Shown here: positions 1 through 15,542 of the stretch, piece after piece
Numbering within the stretch: the first letter of the stretch is position 1
Layout of the letters: each line of letters opens with the position of its first letter
From: Vitrella brassicaformis CCMP3155
Lineage: Eukaryota; Protista; Chromerida
Assembly: GCA_001179505.1 (NCBI GenBank)
Contig: CDMY01000562.1
Location: 62,001 to 126,000 of the forward strand
DNA length: 64,000 bases
Direction of reading: 5' to 3'
Notes under the pieces: generated by a model
Databases searched by the model: none
Seen by the model: only the letters and a program-made list of their open reading frames with translations
Told to the model about the DNA's origin: nothing
Translations under genes and position numbers: made by a program

Positions 1-89
1 GCACTCCTGGGTACCCAAATGACACGCCACAGCACAACAGCACTGTTTGTTCTTCACTCACTTGGCTGTTCTTTCCTACCATCCATCAG

Positions 90-738
90 CTCTGACGAAG
101 CACGGGAGCCACTGCTGCTTCCTGCAAAGTGAGAACCTACAATGGCGCCCAACAGGCGCCATACATTGCCGGCCGCCATTCTTGTCTCCATCTTTGTGTG
201 TCCAGAATCCCAGCCGTTGGGCCCGTCGTGGGTTGAGGAGCTCGTAGGCGAGTACTTCTCGTCGGTTCTGTCGCAGCTCAACATCCCCTCCCACCACACG
301 CAGTCCATCGAGGACCCCATACCCATTCCCACCCCCCCTCCCAGCCCAACAGCGACACCCTCAACCACCACCACCACCACCAACCCGCCCACCTTTCCCC
401 TTGGCCGCCACCCACACGTGAGCAACATCGACATGGACATGGACATGGCCTCACTCGCCATCCCAGGGCTGGTCAACACCTCAGCTCTCGCGGCCTTCCA
501 CCCCCACCGCCACCCCCACCACCAGCACGAGAGCGAGGTGAATGCGGGGGACGAGCATGAGCATGAGCACGAGTCACACGAGGGCGAGGGAGACGACGCC
601 GATATGGACATGGACAGTGGGGAGCGGGGGGAGCGGCGCGAGGGCGGCAGGTGGTGTGGGGGTCAGGGTCAGGGTCAGGTGCAGTCGGTGACGTTTCAGC
701 TGTACATTGGCCGGAGGGTCACGTGTGCTGCGACCTGA
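90..738 (+). CDS. 3' end (last two exons, 90-128 and 206-738) of an ABHD1/3- or YheT-like alpha/beta hydrolase, with a low-complexity Pro/Thr/His/acidic tail
   Basis: Splicing the GT-AG intron 129-205 gives LTKHGSHCCFLQKSQPLGPSWVEELVGEYFSSVL. This resembles the catalytic-His motif T-x-x-G-G-H-x-x-F-L-E...W...F at the C-terminus of ABHD1/3/YheT proteins. The 5' part lies outside the window. Confidence 0.65.
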
Positions 739-1612
739 TGGATTGATGTTTGTTGTGAGTAGAGATGACATGAGCGAGGAGGGAGGGAGGGAGGGAGGAC
801 ACACGACACGTTTTGACGTAGACACAGAGACACAGGGAGAGAGAGAGAGAGGAGGCAGCCGCAGGTTGTCGATTTTTGTACCTATAGAGGGAGGGAAGGA
901 GGGAGGGGGAGGGCCTACGCTAGTCACCTTTGCTCTTACCAGTTTTCCCTTTTGCACTTTTCCTCCTACCGCTGTGCCGTGTGTGTGTGTTGTGCAAACG
1001 AATTCGGGCGGGTTTCTGTACAGTGACCAGACAAGACAACGGTTGTGTGTGTCGACCCGTCTTCGTATCTTGAGTGTGAGTGTGCGCATCAAAGCTGCGG
1101 GCAGACAGGAGGGTGGATGGATGGATGGCACAGAGAGGCCCGTCTGTGAGCATCCATCCGTCGGCCTGTCTGTGACCATCCACCCGTCCGAGTGAGGAGA
1201 GTAGAGAAGAAAGCACACACGCCATTTTTGCGCTAGTTAGCGAGTTGCACCAACAAGAGCGTGAGTAGGGTGGCCGTCTTTCAATCAACTGGCTGGCTGG
1301 CTGGCTGGCGAGCGACACAGTTTTGCCCTCTTGCCGTGTGCAGGTGCGTTGTCACGTGTTGTGCTGTTGTGGCTGGCTGGTGTGGTGGTGGCTGCCCGGC
1401 TTCTCCCTCCCTCCCTCCCTCCCTCTCTCTCCGCTTTATCGTTTTGGCTTTCTCCGTTGGTGAGCAAGCGAGTGGCCGCTGGATGTGTGTGTGCGTGTGT
1501 GTGTGCGTGTGGCCACATGGCGTGTAACATAACACAAAGCAGCTAGATGTCTTCGTTCAGGCGCCGCGAGAGCGAGAGCGAGAGGCTGCTGGTGGAGCCG
1601 GATTGGTTTGAC

Positions 1613-1653
1613 GAGAAATGGCTGTGAGAGTCACTTTCTCACAGCCATTTCTC
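1613..1653. repeat. Perfect 17-bp inverted repeat with 7-nt loop
   Basis: gagaaatggctgtgaga (1613-1629) is the exact reverse complement of tctcacagccatttctc (1637-1653). Confidence 0.95.
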
Positions 1654-2677
1654 TCCAGCCCAATCCTGCCAGACCAGGAGCCTATCCCTGTGTCTTTGTG
1701 TATCTGTCCGTCCGGTGCCCCTTCCACCAGCAAGCAGTTTCGGCTGTGTGTGTGCCTGTCGCTGTGACCGCACCGTGTTGTCTTGTGTTGTGTTGCATTG
1801 CATTCCATTGCCCCCTCCTTGTGTGTATGGGATGTTCCCCCCTCCTTGCCCGCCCCTCCCCTGTTTGTTTCCGGCCGTATCTATCGTGCGTGTGTTGCTG
1901 CAGTTTTCCCCTCATGGTCCGCATTCGTGTCTGCGTGAATGCATTCCATTCGTGGGCCAGCTGGTGTCGGTTCCACCTTTTTCGTAACGGATGCAGGCAG
2001 CCAGGCAGGCAGCCAGGCAGTCGGGCAGGAAGGCAGGCGCTGCATCGACTCCACCACGAGAGGATGGGTGCGGTTGGTAGAGGTGGGGACGGAAGGACGG
2101 ATAGCTATGGACCCCAGCCTCACTCACCCCTTGATCTGATCAATCAGTGAGTGACTTGATCATGACACGAGCAGATGAGATGGATGGGATGGGCGGCGTG
2201 AGGTAGGTGAGTTCGTTCAGCTTCGAAATTCGCCAGCTATTAGGTGGTGGGGGCTTACTTGTGGAGCTTGACTTGACAGATAGCTAACCTGATGACTGAC
2301 TTACCTGGCTTCTTCTCTCTGACGTATTTGTTGATAGCGCTCATGACACTGGTAGGTAGGGTGCACACAGTGAGTGGCTGCTGTGTGTGGGGGGCGTGTG
2401 TGTGTCCGGAACGAACTGTCGTGCTGTGTCTGACATGCTGCTTGCTGGCCGTGTGTAGAACCTACCGACTGCTTGCCTGGCCTGCCTACGATGTTCAATC
2501 CACCTGACAGCAGTAAGCACTCACTCGTTCACTTCAAACCGTCCGTCCGCCACAAGTCCCTCCCTCCACCCACCACCGTGTCCGTCGCATGTATCACGCC
2601 GCGCACAACGCACAGCGCGACACAGCGTCTGTCGCATCTCCCTCAAAACGTGTCTTGAGAGCTACTCCGCAACACTC

Positions 2678-2737
2678 GCCACACCCACCGCCCGTCCGCC
2701 ACACCCACCGCCCGTCCGCCACACCCGCCGCCCGTCT
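2678..2737. repeat. 20-bp tandem repeat x3 (gccacacccaccgcccgtcc), immediately 3' of the RPL37 stop
   Basis: Read directly: units 2678-2697, 2698-2717 and 2718-2737; the last unit has 2 mismatches. Confidence 0.9.
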
Positions 2738-2739
2738 GT

Positions 2740-3241
2740 CTACTTGGCGGCTGGGCGTTTCTTCTGTGCGGGTGTTGTGTGGCCCTCGCGGAAGCCGTTC
2801 TTGGCGAGGCGGGGCAACTTCTTCAAATAGCGCATTCTGACAGACAGACAGACAGACACCGGCACACAGAGCGCTTGGTGTGTGTGGGTCAGTTTGCTCA
2901 GTCGTTCGTTCGCCCACCTGCCGGTGCCAGTGGTCGTCCGCCGCTTGGCCTTCTCGCTCCAATTGTAGCTGCGCTTCCTCGCCGCGGGGTAACCTGACAG
3001 ACAGACAGACGAACGATCAGGAGTGCGAAGCGAGCCAAGCCACTCGGTAGATCAGATCTGCAGATCTGGCCTTGCGTGTCGTGTGTGTGAGAGATCCGCG
3101 TGTTCGTTGCCCCTCCCCGCCCGTCCTTACCGCATGCCGCGCAGACCTTCTTCTGGATGTGGAACGCCCGCTGGTTACAGCGAATGCACAGCGTGTGGGT
3201 CTTGCCGTTCCGCTTCCCGAAGGAGCCTGCGTCACAGACAG

Positions 3242-3276
<35 letters not shown>

Positions 3277-3355
3277 GGTGTTGAAGGGGTGTGTGTGGGT
3301 GAGGAAGGACTTTGGGTGCGTGTGCGTTACCTGTTCCCTTGCCGGCCTTCCCCAT
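2740..3355 (-). CDS. RPL37: 60S ribosomal protein eL37; 4 exons (3355-3331, 3226-3131, 2993-2918, 2836-2740), 97 aa
   Basis: Spliced product [84 protein letters not shown]..., carrying the eL37 zinc finger and signature motifs. All introns are GT-AG and in phase. Confidence 0.97.
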
Positions 3356-3682
3356 TCAGATGACACGGCGTGCGTCAACTGAACCGAACCACAGAAGAGG
3401 AACGTGAGATCTGGCTGTTCAGCACTTCTGCTTCCCTGTTTTCTCTTCCTCACCTCTTGTGACTGCGAGCTAATCTTTGCGAAAACCCTACACCTTCGAA
3501 CCCTGTAACCTATCGCCTCGCGCTTTTTCCACTACTCCACACAATTGTTGTGTTGCAGCCCTGAATCACGCCATACGCCGTCTGCGTTCTGCAGCTTGCC
3601 TTGGTGGAGACAGAGGGCGGCCCCAAGCCGGAAGGCCTCAACCAGCAGTAACTCCCTCTTGTTTTGGTCCGCACTGTTCAGT

Positions 3683-6023
3683 ATGATTCCGAGAGGAGAG
3701 GCTGTGAGGCCGCCTCAATCAGCTGGGGACGAATGCCGAAACCAGCCAGCCGCCCTCTCGACCTTCTCGTCCAATCTCTCATCCTCAGTCAGCCTGTGGA
3801 GCCAACAGCAACACGACGTTGAAGAGAAGGACAAGACACTGTCAGCAACTGGACAAGGAGACCACATCACGGCCACAACGCATGGCGACGATGAAAGACG
3901 GGCATCTGTCACGAGCACAGCCGCGACAGCGAGCAGGACGTTGTCCTCTTGCCGTGAGTTCGATGCGATGGTTGGTGAATTCAGGTACGGAATATTCATT
4001 AATGAATCGTGATAGCGAAAATTTATCTCATTTATCTCTTTTGTTGCTGCGTTCAAATGTCTCTCGGTTCTCCTGGCCTGTTCAGGGAGGCTGCAGGATA
4101 TGAAGCGGCATACGAAGAATATGCGACAAGCCTCGAGTACAAGACGATACACCATCCAAACGGCACCAGGACAGAAGTACTTGTCAGTGCCACGTTTCAG
4201 CCGGAGCCGCTTTGGATGACTGCGAGACGGGTTTTCGTATTCGCAATGCAGCAGTTAGCGGCCACCTTCGCCATCGCCATTGTCCTCGTTGGCGCTGCTG
4301 CGATGTACACGTACTCGTGCATCTCGAGCACCTTTGGACCGGTTTTCGACATCTCTCGAAGGATGCTATTGTCTCTCGCATTGCCTCTCTTTGCCGTGCA
4401 CATCACGACGGGACCGACCTGCAAAGAATGATGACGCGGCTGAAGAAGGAGGTGGTCCTCTTCCTTCCACCAATGGCGCTCAGTCTCTTTATCTCAATTG
4501 ATCATCAGCTCGATCCCGACGGCCATGAGAGAAGACAAATCATTGCTTCGATCATGTGGAGCTCAACATATGTAGCTGCCTGTGTGTACTTCCTTCGCAC
4601 TGCGGGGTCGCTGGGTATGAGGGCCAAAAGAGATTACACGATTAAAGCGTGCGCAGCCTTCGCGATGGGATACACAATGGGCCTAATTTGGATCCACGCC
4701 CTTTCGCCAAAGTACGCTACTGCAGCATCTACTGATAGGGATCGATTACGTTTGGCTGTCATCTACCTAGCCGTCTTCTTCCCCCCTGTCGGACTTGTCA
4801 ACAAGCTCGTGCGGTCACTGAAAGTACGAATGGACACACAGAGACACGGCCACAAAAAGGCAGCGGACTTCATTTCTCACGATCCAATGTGTATTCAGGA
4901 GGGGCCCCCAACATCAATTCGCTGCTTATCACGATGCCCTGTATGGTGTACATTCTCTTCCCGAGAATGCTTCAGTCCGAGGCCATCAACTTCAGAAGCA
5001 AATTGGTCCACAGCGTCTCAATGTCACTCTTCGACCTGATCATGGATATCTCATCGCCCTACGGTACGTGCGTCAGTGGCCATGGAAAGATGAATGCATT
5101 CTTATCCAATTATTTTTTCTGTTTGGGTGTATTCAGCGATCCTGCTGTATCTGTGGGCTAAGAGGCTTGTCACGGCTCGCTGCAAGAAAGGAACACCCAC
5201 AGCTCATCACCTGACGAACATCGCCCTCGCCACAACCAAGGAGGAGGCTATAAGTGGGCCACCTATTGGCAAAGAAAATGATGCTATGGATGCTGTGGAG
5301 AGGCAAGAGAGCCAGAGAAATGACAGCCATCTGCTGAGGCGCCAAAGCTCTATTATGAGCACAGCGCTCTCTCTGAGCGGCGCACAGCCGGGGTGCGGTC
5401 CTACCGGAGGGCTGCAGTCGGCCTTGACCTTACTTGAACTGTCTCCAAGGTATCCCCAGTCATGGTACACCATAAAGCACAGAGATACTGTGTGTTCATA
5501 CTCTTTTCTCCGAAGGTACCTACGTGGCCTCGCTGATCAGACCCACATCTGGTCCAATTGCGAGTTGACGGCACTTCTCTTTACTAACCTGAGTGTGCTT
5601 ACGGTCCAAGCTTGTGCGGGCGCACCATGGAAGCAGCTTGTGGAGGAAGGCATCGGTTTGGTGTTACTGGTGGCTATCGAGCAGCTATTCGAGATGTGTG
5701 TGATGTGTGTCATGATGAGATGGAACAACCTGCCCATGCTATCCTCCAGGCACGAGAAAGGCGTTGTGCGCCGCAGACTACTGACCTTGCTCCTGGTCGC
5801 CATCTTCTGGTCAGGCGAACTGTTTAATGTCCTCGTGCACGTGCTCACCGCACGTCTCTCTGTCTCTCTGTCTGTGTGTTCGTGTGTGCAGCATTTTCAG
5901 CTGGCTGCCATTTCTCCACTTGTCTTTGCAGCGCGCAGTCAGCCGCACAGTTGCGAAGCCCCGATTTGTGCTGCAATCGGAGCCGCACACTGCCAACTGC
6001 CCATATTTTTCCGTCTAGAATGA
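3683..6023 (+). pseudogene. Multi-pass (~10-11 TM) membrane protein of unknown function, copy A; two apparent 1-nt deletions (~4407 and ~4905-4910)
   Basis: Exon 3683-3984 splices in frame to 4086 (EFR|EAAGYEAAYEEY). Hydrophobic segments continue to 6023. Alignment to the paralog at 61551-63942 requires frame changes at VHIT/DGTDLQR and at EGPP/NINSLL. Confidence 0.7.
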
Positions 6024-8054
6024 ATGAATGCATAGGGAGCCGGGCTATCACCGCCACGCAGGCAGAGTCTTCGTATGTATACGTCTCGAGAACGCCGGTG
6101 AGAATTGTCTGTCTCAGTTGAGTGTAGATCAGATCACAATGGCCCGTCACAATTTGATTGGAATGAATTCATATGGGGGCGGGGAATTCAAGGGATGGGC
6201 ACATAGGAGAGGAGCCTGGAATGGGTCATCTGGATGCACACAGGTCGTCCCTGAGTGAGTGAATGAGTGAGTGAGTGAGATATGCTGTGTTCATTGCAAA
6301 GCAGAGACGGGTCTCAGACTGTATGCTGTGCACGCCTGTGTCTGCCAGCTCATATCGTGACGTCACGCCACGCACGCCAAGTATGGCACAATTAAAAAGA
6401 CAGACAGGCAAACACCCGCGCATCCCATGCGCACGGCCATGCGCTTACAGACCTGAGGCGGAGACACAACTTTCGCCAACAATGAGTGACGAGGGGGACG
6501 AGCCGACGATTCCCTACTCAGTCAGATACCTGAGCAGACAACTCTCTGGTCCATGCTGCTATGCTGGTGGCCAGGGTCATGTTGTGAACACTCAGTGACA
6601 ATTGTGTGTGCCGGTACCCTGTGTACCCGCGTGTGTGTGTGTGCACGTGGATGGGGCGTGGACGGAGTGGGGTGTGTGTGTGTGTGGATGATGTGGACAA
6701 CGAAGGCTGTTCCAGCCAGCCACGAAGAAGGGAAGAAGGCATGATGGATGTATTGCAATTTGTGTCTCGACATTCATTCCTTCGTTCGTTCAACACATGT
6801 CGGTCGGTATGAATGCGTCGCTACCTCAACACAGAGAGAGAGAGGGGGTCATGCTGCAGTCCATCCATCCATCCATCCATATGTCTGTCTGTCTGTCTGT
6901 CCGCAGGCACGTTCGTGCGCAGGAGACACACGCACACACACGCACACACACGCACACACACACATCCATCATCAATCCATCGGTGCACATGATGCCCACC
7001 CACGGCAATCCAATCTATCTAACCACCACACACGCATAGCATAGCATAGCATAGCATAGCACACACACACATCGACTCGACCGACCGACCGACTGATCTA
7101 CAGCACTCAAGCGAGTAAAGCACTGGCCCGCCCGTTTCGGGAAAGGAACACTGTCAGTCGGTATATAAATAAAGAGAGAGGTCCAGGCAGACAGGATGGG
7201 ATGTTTGTGAGGGTTGCTGAGTCAAAAATCGTCTAACCCGCCCGCCCATGGACACCCCCACGACAGACATGACACACACGAGTCAGTCAATGCAATCAAC
7301 GAGTGACGCGACCACGCAACGTCGTGAAAAATGCCCACAGCCACCAAGGCCTTCCCTTCCCCACCCACTTCAGGATGAGAGCATGTCGGTGTGACGTCTG
7401 TCGACGCACAGCCGATTCATTCATCCGACAAGCCAACAGACAGACAGACAGACAGACAGACACACAGACAGAGGTCAAAACACACAGGCACCGCACAGGC
7501 AGTCAGACTGCCTGTGCATCGCAGCCATGTCGTCCATTCAGAGTCATGTGGAGGCAGACAGACAGACCTCCATTCCATGGCAAGGCCATGCACTCTCTCT
7601 CTCTTCTCTCCTGTACAGGCAGGCACTCGTGCACCCTCACGGACGGAGCTTGAAACAAAAAGGAAGCAAGGCTCGCTGGCTGCAGGTCTGTCTGTCTGCA
7701 GCCACGCCTGGCGTGTGGCCAGCGACCAGCAGAGCCCAACACACACACACACACACACACTCACACACACTCACACACACACACACACAGAGGAGAGAGG
7801 AGAGGAGAGGAGAGGGACAGCGACAGACCGACAGACACACACAGACACAGCACAAACAGACAGACAGTGCCAAAGGTGAGTGAAGGGAAGCGATGAGAGA
7901 GTGCCAAACACGCCAGGAATGAAATCACTCAATCGTCCCGTCCCGTCCCGTCCCGTCTTGTCTCGTCTCGTCTCGTCATCTCATCTCATCTCATCTCATG
8001 GTTGCTGTGTCTGCACCACACACACACGCAGAGAGAGAGGCGTCTGTCGTGTGG

Positions 8055-12604
<4,550 letters not shown>

Positions 12605-12879
12605 GCCGACTGAATGACTCACTCGCTCAGTCAGTCAGTCACTCAGTCACTGTGGTTGACTGACTGGAGTGGTTGGCTGCTGGGGAGGAAGGTGAGATGA
12701 GGTGAGATCCGATGAGGCCAACCTCCTCCCTTCTCCGAAATGAAATGGTCCTCTCCACGCGATCCGCCCAGCGATTTTCTCGCACATTCCTCTGCAAGCT
12801 ACTCTGCGTGCTGCGTGAGATCTCCGCAGAAGATCATCTGCCAACCTCGCTGAGAGAGATCCACTGAGGACAGGACAAG

Positions 12880-14879
12880 ATGCGAGGCGCTCTCTCTGTG
12901 GTGGCTGCCCTTGCGCTCCCTGCCGGAGATGCTGCCTACGTCCTCCCGCACGCACACACGCCCCCAAGACGCCCTGCCATCCACCGCTCAACAGGCGTCC
13001 GCAGCCCGTTTGGTGGTGACGCAGATGATCTCCCGCAGCCTTGGAGCGTGATGCTTTCATCGTCAATCTCGCTGGGCGGCGGAAGTGGCACCGAGAGGGA
13101 GCTGCGTCGGTTAGAGAGGGGAGGGGTGGAGCTGTTCCCACTGCCGACCATTGACGAGGACGAGAAGGACCGGCCGCCCACACTGCCGTCGGGCGAGTTC
13201 AGGTCAGTCAGAACTGCTGCTGCTGACCTGACTGACACACGAGTGGATGGAAGGATGGAGAGCTTTAATGCTCGGCTGCATTTGGCTGGCCGTCATTTGC
13301 CTGTCTGTGGTGGGTGTGTGTATGCTTGTGTCTGTCAGGCCGAAGCAGAGTCTGGGTCAGAATTATCTGTCCGACCAGAACTATGTCCGCAAGATCTGCG
13401 ACGCCCTCATCGACACGAGGTACGGCACGTACCTCACGTCAGCGCGACAGTCACAGCAACCAAGCCATGACGGTGGCATGGCGTGTGCTGGCCGTTGTTC
13501 CTTGCTCTCATTCATCCATCAGTGAAGGTGGCAGCCGTGTGATTGAGCTGGGTCCCGGTGCGGGTGCGCTGACTCGGCTGCTGCACGAGAGGTACCCCCT
13601 CATGACGGCCGTTGAGCTCGACGAGCGGGCCATCAGTCTGCTCAGCCGAAACATACCTGACCTCGATATCATTCACGACGACGTCCTGCAGGTACGCACA
13701 CACGCTGGCAGACAGACAGGCAGACAGACGGACAGGCTGTCTGTCTGTCTGTCTGTGTATATGGCTGTTGGTGTGGCGTGTGCGTGTGTGTGTGTAGGTG
13801 AATTGGATGAGTCTTGCGCGTGCCAAGGGCGGGCGTGTGTCGGTCATCGGCAATCTCCCCTACTACATCACATCGCAGGTGAGAGAGAGATGGATGGATG
13901 GATGGATGTCCCCTCCCCCTTCTCCCTTTCGCTGGTCAGATCTTGTTCTGCCTGGTGGACTCCTACCCCGCCATCGACCAGGCAGTCGTCACCACACAGT
14001 GGGAAGTGGCCGAGGTGAGTCAGCCAGCCAGGGAGGAAGGGGAGGGACAGACGGCAAAAGCAGTGCAGTGGATGACTCACACACACACATATATACACGG
14101 TTGGTTCCATGCTCGATGTGTCAGCGGCTGACGGCCAGGCCGGGTGACTCACAGTATTCCATCCTCAGCGTCGTATTTCAGCTCTACTGCGAGTGAGTGA
14201 GCCAAGTCAACACAACACAACACACCACATCACACACAAGACAAAGCAACACAACACAAAATCGGGCGCCATCCATCCATCCATCCATCCACTCATCCAT
14301 TTCATGCTGACTTGGTCCACTGATTCATTCAGGCCTAGGATCGTGTTCAAGATCCCTCCGCAGGTGTTCTTTCCGGTCCCCAAGGTCGACTCGGCCCTCG
14401 TCCACCTCAGATTCCCACAACACCGGCCACCACTTGGCGTCGATCCCATACACCTCAAGAAGGCAAGGCACCACAAACACAAACACACACACACGTCCCC
14501 TGTCTCCTCCCGGACATGACGTCTCTGTCTCTATGTCTCTCGGTGTGTGTCGGTGTGAGCACGCGCCACAGGTGGTGCACAGTGCGTTTCGGCAGCGTCG
14601 GAAGATGTTGCGTCAGAGCCTTAAGGGCGTGGCGCATGAGGCCGGTGTGGCTTTGCCGCCGCAGTGGGGCGTGCTGCGGCCCCAGGCCATGACGCCGCAG
14701 CAGTTCGTCGAGGTCACCAAGATACTCTTCGGACCGGTCAGTCAGCCAATCACTCTGTGCTGTGCTGTGCTGTGGGTGCGTGTGTTATGCATCTGTGTGT
14801 GTGTGTGTGTGTGTGTCTGCAGGCTGATGAAGGCCCCCCTCGGCGCGTGTGGCGGAAGGACCAGCACGGGGAGTGGTGA
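12880..14879 (+). CDS. rsmA: rRNA adenine dimethyltransferase (KsgA/RsmA/Dim1 family), probably plastid-targeted
   Basis: Motifs PKQSLGQNYL, VIELGPGAGALT, VELDERA, GNLPYYITS, VTTQWEVAERL, YSILSV, FFPVPKVDSALV and AFRQRRKML occur across GT-AG exons. The N-terminus is a hydrophobic signal-like segment followed by a basic transit-like region. Confidence 0.93.
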
Positions 14880-15542
14880 GAGGGGGGAGAAGATGAGATG
14901 AGATGAGATGAGATGCGTTTGAAAGCAATGGCCGAGCGAGTCCGCAACACGCATAGGCATGACACATACGCAAACGACTATGAAGACTCAGATGTGTGTG
15001 GGTGGAGTGCGTACTCGGGAGGGAATACGAGGGAGGAATCAGGTAAATGACGTCAGATGTATTGGACGGACAAGGTGGTAAGAAAAATCATACGGCATCA
15101 TCGATCACAAGACGCACACACCAACACACACACACACACGGAGAGGGAGAGAGAGAGAGAGAGAGAGCGACAGAGCTCCCGTCCCTCCCATCGCCCTTCC
15201 ACCACCAGCTGCAGGTCAGGTGACGAAGCCACCATCACTGAACATGGCATGTCTAGGCAGGCAACCATGTACGGAGATACAAAGTACATTGCACCAGAGG
15301 GTAGACAGACAGACAGACAGGCAGACAGGTGTCACTATGATGTCTGTATACTTAAGAAAGGTCAGGTCTGCCCTGCCCTGCCTTTGTGGAATGACACATG
15401 GATGCATGGATGGATGGATGCTAGAAAACGGCGAACAAACCACTGCCCTATGCAGCCCAGCCCGCCCGCCAGCCAGCCAGCCAGCCAGCCACACCACACA
15501 CTTCCAGCCTCCACGGGGCACATACATAGCCTATCTGTCTAT

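Noticed and set aside
574-1535. Numerous 70-210 aa ORFs here and throughout the window, rich in THTH, VCVC, RQTD, SVCL and PSIH
   Set aside because: These are translations of microsatellites in introns or intergenic DNA, not genes.
6481-6598. Short ATG-initiated ORF MSDEGDEPTIPYSVRYLSRQLSG...
   Set aside because: No recognisable homology and no consistent downstream exons; cannot be supported.
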